Shown here one piece after another: positions 47,407 to 55,181 of a stretch of 64,000 nucleotides of DNA. The notes beneath the pieces were generated by a model. The model saw only the letters and a program-made list of their open reading frames with translations, was not told the origin of the DNA and searched no databases. Origin of the DNA: an uncultured Verrucomicrobiae bacterium. Lineage in GTDB: Bacteria > Verrucomicrobiota > Verrucomicrobiia > Limisphaerales > Palsa-1400. A program made the translations under genes and the position numbers. How positions within the stretch are numbered: the stretch's first letter is position 1; each line of letters begins with the position of its first letter. The stretch covers positions 128,001 to 192,000 of the forward strand of contig CAVXRD010000001.1 of NCBI GenBank assembly GCA_963764165.1, read 5' to 3'.

Positions 47407-47435
47407 GACATAACACGAATATCTTAAATTGTCAA
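47407..47435 (-). promoter_or_regulatory. Opposing promoter facing the mini-array and TA genes
   Basis: Minus strand TTGACA-N17-TATGTC with an extended TGn. The -10 box is imperfect. Confidence 0.55.
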
Positions 47436-47479
47436 ACTCAGCGGAACAATCGCCGCAGAAACCAGAAACAGAACATATT

Positions 47480-48691
47480 ATGAATGAAGAACCAAAACCA
47501 AAAGTCCTCAGTCTGGACCTCTTAAAATCAGCCGTGAGCGGAAGTGCCGCCGCATTTCGTTCCCGCACCCGTCTACAACCTGCTGGGGGTGAAGGAGACA
47601 AAGTATTTCCGCCAACTTATGCCGGAGCGGTCTACGCCAAGGAGGAGCGGCAAATCAACGGCGCAAAGGTTCCATGCGTGCTGCTTGATTCTGTCCAAGC
47701 GCAAGCGAACCGCTTGGAAGAGGCGCTGCAACGGGCATTGGATGCGGGGACGCTCAAGAACATCCCGGTGTTGAATGTGGATTTTACCGGCCTTGGTCTC
47801 TTGGATGAAATTGGACGAGTGAGCACCCTTGAAGCGCCACATCGAATCGCTGATGCGATCCTTCGTGACAGCCTTTATGAGGGGCAGCCGTTTCGGAAGA
47901 GCACACTCGGGAAGTCATTAGATCAAGCTAGCCTGCAAAACGCTACTCCGCTTTATAAACTCTGCCCGACGGCGTTGATTTTCGGCATATGGGATTCGAC
48001 AGGTCCAAAAGGTGGACTCGGCGCGAAATTTCAGCGGGCTCTCGTATCGGAAATCATCGGCGTGAATGCCGAGATCGGTGTAAAAACAAGTAGCCGAATT
48101 GATCCGCTTGGCATGCGCGCGGCGGCAATGGTGGTCAAGAAGCCAGACGGCAGCTACGAACTTGCGAGCGACAAGGCAAAGGATGCTGTTTCACCGTCAG
48201 GAGTAAACCACGGCAACATTCCACCCGACATCACTAAGCCAGGAGGGGCCGGTGGAGCAACCTTGGACTACGCCGAACAAACGGTTGTCCTGTCCCTGCC
48301 CGCGCTGCGTAAGTTGCGTTTTCCTGTAGATGGTACAACAATCCCCGAGCGGGACGCGGCGGGGCGGACCGTACTTGCAGCATTGGCTCTGACGGCGGCC
48401 ACGCTGGCGGCGGAGAGCGGATTCGATCTCCGTTCCCGATGTCTGCTCTGGCCGACTGAGGCGATGAAGTGGGAATTGCTGGAGACGCCAGGGAAGACTC
48501 CCACCGAGTTCACCGTCACAGCAAAAGAAGCTATCAAGCTTTTGGAGGAAGCGGTTGTGGCGGCGGAAAAGCTCGGCTTGGTATGGCAAAAAGAGCCGGT
48601 GAAGTTAATTCCCTCTCCGAATCTGGTTGCCCTGCTCAAGCGGTCGCAGGACATTTCTGCCAAGTCGCCAGCGGGCGCATCGGCAGAATAA
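47480..48691 (+). CDS. csb1: Type I-G Cas7 (Csb1)
   Basis: LQPAGGEGDKVFPPTY, LLDSVQAQANRLE, APHRIADAILRDS, FGIWDSTG, SSRIDPLG, DLRSRCLL. Confidence 0.93.
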   Translation: MNEEPKPKVLSLDLLKSAVSGSAAAFRSRTRLQPAGGEGDKVFPPTYAGAVYAKEERQINGAKVPCVLLDSVQAQANRLEEALQRALDAGTLKNIPVLNVDFTGLGLLDEIGRVSTLEAPHRIADAILRDSLYEGQPFRKSTLGKSLDQASLQNATPLYKLCPTALIFGIWDSTGPKGGLGAKFQRALVSEIIGVNAEIGVKTSSRIDPLGMRAAAMVVKKPDGSYELASDKAKDAVSPSGVNHGNIPPDITKPGGAGGATLDYAEQTVVLSLPALRKLRFPVDGTTIPERDAAGRTVLAALALTAATLAAESGFDLRSRCLLWPTEAMKWELLETPGKTPTEFTVTAKEAIKLLEEAVVAAEKLGLVWQKEPVKLIPSPNLVALLKRSQDISAKSPAGASAE

Positions 48692-48706
48692 ACCGAAGGC
48701 ATCACC

Positions 48707-50374
48707 ATGTTTACCCTCGGAATTGATTTCATCACCGGTGTCGCGGTGATGACGGATGCGGCCAGTCGGGAAAAGGCCGAGTGGCCACCGCATCCAGCCC
48801 GCGTTTTCATGGCACTGGTCGCGGCGCACCACGAATCAAAGCCACTGCCAGAAGATGGCCACGATGCAGAAGCGGCATGGGTTCACGAGCGCGCGGCTCT
48901 GGAATGGCTGGAACGCCAAGGCGCTCCGCAAATGAGTTGGCCGGAAGCTTCACCGCGCGACGTGGTAAAAGTCTATGTTCCGGTGAACGACGCAGGAGTT
49001 CCGCAAAATGCCGCCCGAGTGAAAGAATCTGAAATGCGAGCCGCGCTCGGCGTAATGCCCGATCAACGTAGTCGCCAGGAGCGGACATTTCCCGCGGTGC
49101 ATATCAACGGCGAAGGTCCGAATCGACATGTCTATTTTTATTGGCAAAACGCAACGCCTCCGACGGAGATTGTAGCTGCGTTCACCGGACTCACGCGGAA
49201 GGTGACCCGCATCGGACATTCTTCGTCACTCGCGCTAGTTTGGGTTTCCGAGATTGATGACGCACCTTCGCCTTCTTACAAACCAAATGCGAACGCGACT
49301 AAGACACGCCAAGGCGTGCCGCTTCGGATTCCTGTGCCGGGCTTCTTGGCAGAGCTCGACCGATGCTTCAACGCGGGTGAGATCGACGACTTCTTCGACC
49401 TTTCGGCAGCAATTTTAACTAAAACCGGCGCCGCAAAAGATCAAGCGAAAACAGCGTTTGAAGACCGTTTCGCGACGGCTTGGAGTAGGAACGTCAGCGC
49501 TCCGGTGCGACTGCGTCCTTCGCCGGGACGGACGGCGCATTACTCACGCGTGGACGAAGGGAAACCTCTCGTTGTTCTGTCGAGTTTCGATTCCGAACTC
49601 CTGGTGCTGACGAAGCAGGAAGGACCGGTGCTAGGCTTGGAATCCACTGCGGCCCTCACGGCTGCGTTGCGGGGATATTTATTGCAAGCGGGCGAAGACA
49701 AGCCAGAGTGGTTCACGGGCCACAGCGCGCCGGGGTTGCCCTCGACTGGCGGGCACATAGCGCTTCTCCCGCTCGCTTTTGTGGGAGCGGAGCATGCCGA
49801 TGGTCACATCTTGGGATTGGCCGTAGCCTTCCCTCGCGCGATTCCCGCGGCGGATCGGGCGGCTTGTTTGCGCGGGCGGCTGTTTGGCTCATCCGGTGAT
49901 GACCTCGAACCGGAACTTCAGATGGGTAACCTCGGGACGTGGACGCTGCGACGCGAAGAACGCAGTCTGCCGCCGCTGGCTCTGCGGTCGGCGACGTGGT
50001 GCGAGCCGTCTTCCGTCTGGGCGAGTGTCACGCCCGTTGTTCTCGACCGGCACCCGAAGCACGATCAGCAAACCGAGCGAGCGCAGTGGCGCGACGAAGT
50101 CGTCGCGAGCGTCGCCCAAAGTTGCGTGCGGCAGGGTCTGCCGAAACCGGAATTGATTGATGTGGACAAAACCTCGTGGCACCGGGGCGCGCCCCGCTCC
50201 CGACCTGGCCCCAGCGGGATGCCGTGGCTGCCCGGCAAGAAAGGCACCCCCCCCCGCCAGCAGGTGCATGTGCTCATCCAGTTTCCCTGCGAAGTGCAAG
50301 GTCCGCTCCTTCTCGGCGCGGGACGCTTCCGTGGCTACGGCCTCTGCAAACCGCTCGGCTCCTTGTTCAAATGA
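48707..50374 (+). CDS. csb2: Type I-G Cas5-Cas6 fusion (Csb2)
   Basis: EWPPHPARVFMALVA, YVPVND, IGHSSS, WASVTP, and the Gly-rich Cas6 loop GPLLLGAGRFRGYGLC. Confidence 0.93.
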   Translation: MFTLGIDFITGVAVMTDAASREKAEWPPHPARVFMALVAAHHESKPLPEDGHDAEAAWVHERAALEWLERQGAPQMSWPEASPRDVVKVYVPVNDAGVPQNAARVKESEMRAALGVMPDQRSRQERTFPAVHINGEGPNRHVYFYWQNATPPTEIVAAFTGLTRKVTRIGHSSSLALVWVSEIDDAPSPSYKPNANATKTRQGVPLRIPVPGFLAELDRCFNAGEIDDFFDLSAAILTKTGAAKDQAKTAFEDRFATAWSRNVSAPVRLRPSPGRTAHYSRVDEGKPLVVLSSFDSELLVLTKQEGPVLGLESTAALTAALRGYLLQAGEDKPEWFTGHSAPGLPSTGGHIALLPLAFVGAEHADGHILGLAVAFPRAIPAADRAACLRGRLFGSSGDDLEPELQMGNLGTWTLRREERSLPPLALRSATWCEPSSVWASVTPVVLDRHPKHDQQTERAQWRDEVVASVAQSCVRQGLPKPELIDVDKTSWHRGAPRSRPGPSGMPWLPGKKGTPPRQQVHVLIQFPCEVQGPLLLGAGRFRGYGLCKPLGSLFK

Positions 50375-53300
50375 ATCCGCCATTCCTGACCGCCGACGAT
50401 TTCTCAGCGTTCTTCCGCGAGCTTTGGGGATCGGACTGCGACCCTTTCCCGTGGCAGCGTGAATTTGCCCGCCGCCTCTGTGCAGGGAAAGTGCCCGACT
50501 ACGTGGCTGTTCCAACGGGGAGTGGCAAAACGGCGTGCCTCGACGCCGCCGTCTTCGCCCTCGCGACGCAAGCCGCTTTGCCAATGGCTGAACGCACGCA
50601 AGGCCGGCGCATTTTCTTCATCGTCAATCGCCGAGTCATCGTGGACGAGGCTTACGACCGCGCAGGAAAGCTCTGCAAAAAACTTGGGGACGCCGCTTCC
50701 GAATCCGTGGCTGGGCGCGTGGCCGCAGCGTTGTGCAAGCTTTCCGGGGAAGTCGAGGCGGTCCCGCTAGCGCGTGCGCAGCTTCGTGGGGGAATTTATC
50801 GCGATCGGAGTTGGGCCAACTCGCTCCTCCAGCCGATGATTATTTGCAGCACAGTAGATCAGGCAGGGTCGCGACTGCTCTTTCGCGGCTACGGTGTCAG
50901 TCCCCAAGCCCGGCCAATCCACGCAGCTCTCGTCGCGCAGGACAGCTTGCTGATCATTGATGAAGCGCACATCAGCCGCCCCTTCATCCAGACGTTGGAA
51001 TGGGTGAAGCGTTATCGTCTTCACCAACCAGCGGGGTGTGAGACTGTGCAGCTTCCTTTTCAGCTTATTCAGATGACGGCGACCCCTCCGGCTGACACGC
51101 GTAACGACCAAAAAATCACGCTTACGCCCCAGGATCATGAGCATCCTGTTTTGAAACCGCGCCTGCGGGCTGTGAAGCCTGCGCACCTCATTGTAGAGCC
51201 GAAGGCGAAAGGAAAAGCTCGCGAGGAACAAATGGCGAAGCGGCTTGTGGAGGAAACCAAAAAGATTCTCGCCGAGGATCACCCTCGATCCATCGCCATC
51301 ATGGTCAATCGTGTGGCGACCGCGCGTTCCGTCACGGCAAAATTGGAAAACGAACACAAGGGACGCGTGACGCTTTTGATCGGACGACTGCGCCCACTGG
51401 ATCGGGAAGCAACAACGAAAGACATTCAGGAACGCCTCAAAACTGGAGCCACCGCCAGAACCACCGAGGACGGCCCGAGCATTGTGGTCTCGACGCAATG
51501 TCTGGAGGTCGGAGCCGATTTGGATTTCGACACTCTTGTGACCGAAGCCGCCAGCCTTGATGCGCTCCGCCAGCGCTTCGGGCGTCTTAATCGGGGCGGG
51601 CGCGACATCACGGCCCGCGCGGTAATTGTCCTGCCGGGTGATCAGGATTTGCCCGTGGACAAACTTAACGAGGCCGCACCGTGCGATCCGATCTACGCCA
51701 ACGCCATCCCTCGAACGTGGCGTTGGCTGAGTGGTCTGGCGCAAGATGGCGACGGCGTAGTCGATTTTGGCATCAACGCGATGGGTGCTGCCGTCGATGC
51801 TCTCCGCGCGTCCGGCAGCGAAGAAGCACTCGTGGCGATGTGCTCACCGACCAGCGATGCTCCGGTTCTCCTCCCGGCTTATCTGGACTGTTGGGTGCAA
51901 ACGAATCCCGCACCCGCCGCTGATCCCGACGTCGCGCTATTCCTCCACGGCGCGCAGCGCGAGATGGCAGACGTGCAAGTTTGTTGGCGCGGCGACCTGC
52001 CCGAGGCGGAGAACGAAGACGAGTGGGCGGACATCCTCAGCCTTTGCCCACCGACCACGGCGGAGTGTCTGCCGGTGCCGCTGCCTATCTTCCGGGATTG
52101 GCTAGGCTCGCGTGGCAAGTTCGAGGACTCCTCTGGTGATGTCGCCGAAATCCAGGAACTGCTCGCCAAGAAAAAGGAGGAGGAAGAGCGCGGCATTCCG
52201 GCCCTCGTCTGGCGCGGTCCTGATGACTGCTTCTTCGCACATCGTGCTGCCGGTCTTCGCCCCGGCGACACCATCATTCTCCGCGTTCAGGGTGGCGGAT
52301 GGCAGGCACTCGGACACCTGCCCGGTGTTCCTGCCGATCCGCAGACCACGCCTCAAGGATCACTCCCTCCTGAGGAAGTTTGTCGTGTCGATTTTGCCGA
52401 AAGAGCCACCGCGTCGACCCGGCGACGCGCGATTCTTCGTATCCACCCGGCTCTGTGGCAGACGTCGGAAGCCGGACCCGCAGCGGCAGCCCTGAGGGAC
52501 ATGGCGCTCGATCCCGAAAAAGATTGGCGCATCCCAGAAATCAAAGATCTGCTATCCCGGCTTTTGACCGACGAAAACCCCGGCCGGTCTCTCACCGCCG
52601 AGCAACGGGAAGTGATCCAGCATCTTGCCAAGAAAAGCGTTCGCGTCTACGCAGAGCCATATCCCGGCAACAAAGGGTTCGCCCTGGTTGCTCGCGACCT
52701 ATTGCCGCACGGTGATGCCGACGAAACCAGTGACACCGACGCCGACGCGCTCCTCGAAGCCTCCCAACCCCAGGAACTGTGCGACCACACAAAGGATGTT
52801 CTCGACTGCCTCGAAAGCTCCCTCGCCTTATTGCCACTTGCGGCGTGGCGCGAAGCGCTGATCGCTGCTGCTGCGGTGCATGATTGGGGGAAAGTCGATC
52901 CGCGTTTCCAAGCAATGCTGCGCGGCACCACTCCTTTCGCCGCTATGGCCAGTGGGATCTTCCTCGCGAAGTCCGGTTCCATCGCTTCGTCCGCCGCAGC
53001 CCGCCGCGCGGCGAGGCAGCGGGCCGCACTGCCGGACGGCTTCCGCCACGAGATGTTGTCCCTCCTCATGGCGGAAAACTCCATCGGAACAACCGCGCTG
53101 CCCGCGCCCCCCATGCTCCACGCGCTCACCCTGCATCTCATCGTTACCCACCACGGCTACGCGCGCCCCTTTGCCTCGCTGGTGGACGACGACACTCCGC
53201 CCGAAGTGAGCCTGCCCATGAAAGGCGAGACCATCGCCGTCACCGGAGCCGAGCGCATCGAACATCCCGCTCACGCGCTGGACTCCGGGCTGGCTGAACG

Positions 53301-53415
53301 CTTCTGGCAAATGAACCGACACTACGGCTGGTGGGGCGTCGCCCTCCTCGAAGCAGTTCTCCGTCTCGCCGATCAATCCGCCAGTGCCAACCCGCGAGCA
53401 ATCACGAAACCATGA
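50371..53415 (+). CDS. cas3: Type I-G Cas3, helicase with C-terminal HD nuclease
   Basis: PFPWQ, PTGSGKT, DEAH, EVGADLD, QRFGRLNR. C-terminal HDWGK, FRHE, THHG and LRLAD. Confidence 0.95.
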   Translation: MNPPFLTADDFSAFFRELWGSDCDPFPWQREFARRLCAGKVPDYVAVPTGSGKTACLDAAVFALATQAALPMAERTQGRRIFFIVNRRVIVDEAYDRAGKLCKKLGDAASESVAGRVAAALCKLSGEVEAVPLARAQLRGGIYRDRSWANSLLQPMIICSTVDQAGSRLLFRGYGVSPQARPIHAALVAQDSLLIIDEAHISRPFIQTLEWVKRYRLHQPAGCETVQLPFQLIQMTATPPADTRNDQKITLTPQDHEHPVLKPRLRAVKPAHLIVEPKAKGKAREEQMAKRLVEETKKILAEDHPRSIAIMVNRVATARSVTAKLENEHKGRVTLLIGRLRPLDREATTKDIQERLKTGATARTTEDGPSIVVSTQCLEVGADLDFDTLVTEAASLDALRQRFGRLNRGGRDITARAVIVLPGDQDLPVDKLNEAAPCDPIYANAIPRTWRWLSGLAQDGDGVVDFGINAMGAAVDALRASGSEEALVAMCSPTSDAPVLLPAYLDCWVQTNPAPAADPDVALFLHGAQREMADVQVCWRGDLPEAENEDEWADILSLCPPTTAECLPVPLPIFRDWLGSRGKFEDSSGDVAEIQELLAKKKEEEERGIPALVWRGPDDCFFAHRAAGLRPGDTIILRVQGGGWQALGHLPGVPADPQTTPQGSLPPEEVCRVDFAERATASTRRRAILRIHPALWQTSEAGPAAAALRDMALDPEKDWRIPEIKDLLSRLLTDENPGRSLTAEQREVIQHLAKKSVRVYAEPYPGNKGFALVARDLLPHGDADETSDTDADALLEASQPQELCDHTKDVLDCLESSLALLPLAAWREALIAAAAVHDWGKVDPRFQAMLRGTTPFAAMASGIFLAKSGSIASSAAARRAARQRAALPDGFRHEMLSLLMAENSIGTTALPAPPMLHALTLHLIVTHHGYARPFASLVDDDTPPEVSLPMKGETIAVTGAERIEHPAHALDSGLAERFWQMNRHYGWWGVALLEAVLRLADQSASANPRAITKP

Positions 53416-54341
53416 TGACTTCATCCAACGAATTAACCCTCCCGGCATTGCAAGGTTCGAGCTTGCTCGGATTCTTGGCCTCACTGGGTGCTTTCCGCAC
53501 GATCGCCATGCTGCCGGAAGCGAGCGATGTCCGGATGCGATGGGTTGCCGGAGGAGGCTCGTATTGCCCCGTGCTGCGGTTGCCCTCGCCAGCAACGCCC
53601 GAGGTGATCGTCGAAAAACTGCATGCCGCATTGCGCGGTCTCGCTGGCCACTACGTCATCACCGTGGACAAGGACTTGAAGATTCCTCGCGGCGTCTTTC
53701 GCAAACTCGCCGCCAATGCAGCCGAAGACTTTCTAACCCACACCGACCCGATGGCCGCGAGCATGGTCGCGGCATTTGGCTGCGACGCAGTGGGAAACGA
53801 AGACGGCACAATCGAAGACACCGCGTTTCGGACGATGAGTGGCGCAGGCCATCAACACTTCCTGGAATTCATGAACGTGTTGGCGAAGGAAACGACGGTG
53901 GAGCAACTGCGTGAAGCGCTCTTCGGCCCGTGGCGCTACCGAGACTCTAGCCCTACCATGCGGTGGGATACGGAGGATGACCGCCGCTACGCCCTGCGAT
54001 GGGATGAGCCATCGAAAGACCCCGTCCGCACCGTGCGCGGGGCAAACCTCTTAGCCATCGCCGCGCTACCTTTTTTTCCGGTTGTCCCCACTTCCAGCAG
54101 CACGGTGGCAACTACTGGCTTCAACGGTCGAGGAAGCCGTGATACTTTCGTCACATGGCCAGTCTGGACGGGCTGGCTAGCGCTGGATGCTGTTCGCTCG
54201 CTCTTAGGGTTGAAAGAACTTCAGGAGCCGAACGAAACTTCTATAAAGTCTCTTGAAATGTATGGCGTAGTTGCAACCTATCGAAGCCAACGAATTACTC
54301 TTGGAAAATATAGGAATTTTACCCCGGCGACCTCCATGTGA
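53412..54341 (+). CDS. Type I-G short large subunit Cas8g (Csb3/Cas8u2-like)
   Basis: LGFLASLG, MRWD..DDRRYALR..EP, GANLLAIAALPFFP, WPVW. Coupled to the cas3 stop. Confidence 0.8.
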   Translation: MMTSSNELTLPALQGSSLLGFLASLGAFRTIAMLPEASDVRMRWVAGGGSYCPVLRLPSPATPEVIVEKLHAALRGLAGHYVITVDKDLKIPRGVFRKLAANAAEDFLTHTDPMAASMVAAFGCDAVGNEDGTIEDTAFRTMSGAGHQHFLEFMNVLAKETTVEQLREALFGPWRYRDSSPTMRWDTEDDRRYALRWDEPSKDPVRTVRGANLLAIAALPFFPVVPTSSSTVATTGFNGRGSRDTFVTWPVWTGWLALDAVRSLLGLKELQEPNETSIKSLEMYGVVATYRSQRITLGKYRNFTPATSM

Positions 54342-54435
54342 ACGCTCATTCGGTACTCAACTACAACCGATCAAAAACATTAATGTCCAAGACCCATCAG
54401 CTTAGTCCGAAAATCGTTTAACCAACCCATGATTT

Positions 54436-54525
54436 ATGAAACCCAATCTCGACAAAATTGATGATGCCGTGCTGGCGTTGCTTCGCTTGAGAAGCTTCGC
54501 CGAGGGCAACGTAAGCAAAAGGTAG
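54436..54525 (+). pseudogene. Truncated remnant resembling a DUF6429-family N-terminus
   Basis: MKPNLDKIDDAVLALLRL followed by an early stop at 29 aa. Confidence 0.45.
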
Positions 54526-55181
54526 TATGCCGCTCGAACCATTTGATCTCATTTGCCCGGAAATCGCCCGCAATGAACAGGCGGCTTGTGTCGTCGCCGC
54601 TGGGACGTCCGGTGAGCCGTCCGGCGAAAGTCTGCCTGGCGCTGAACCGGACTCCTCGGCGAGGCGTCCCTGCTTCTCGGCGAAAACCAACATGAATTAT
54701 CGGAATCTGCGGGAGGGGGCTCCGTCGCGGCGTTTTCATCCCGGAAACGCCGGGTCGGGGGACCCGGCCTGCATTTCGGAATCGAGCGCCCCGTTGCGCC
54801 TTCGCGTCAAAAACCCCTTTTCGCAATATTTCCCCGAAAATCGCGCCGAAAACACTCTGGTAGGTTTTCTGTCCAGCCTCAGCCGTGGCAAAATGCGTTC
54901 ATGAATGGAACTCACCTCATAAATAGGGATGGGGCGCGGGGCGAGAGATTTGCCCGAACGACAAGGCAGCCCGCAACGCGGACACCGCATATTTGTGCTG
55001 GCTCGAGGAGGGAGAATATCCACCGCGTCTTCGACCGATTGGCAACGCGGTCATCCCGGCAAAGAGCCGCCACCCACAGGGCCGCCACAGACCAGGCCCT
55101 CCGGCGTCGCTGCTCCTCAGTTGCAGGTCCGTTTGCGTTTTCAGCCGGATGAATCGTTGCACCCTATTGCACCTACCGATT

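Noticed and set aside
50176..50370. Upstream extensions of cas3 (and likewise of pdeM, csb1 and cas8g)
   Set aside because: They overlap the preceding gene or promoter. Coupled ATGA or later ATG starts fit better.
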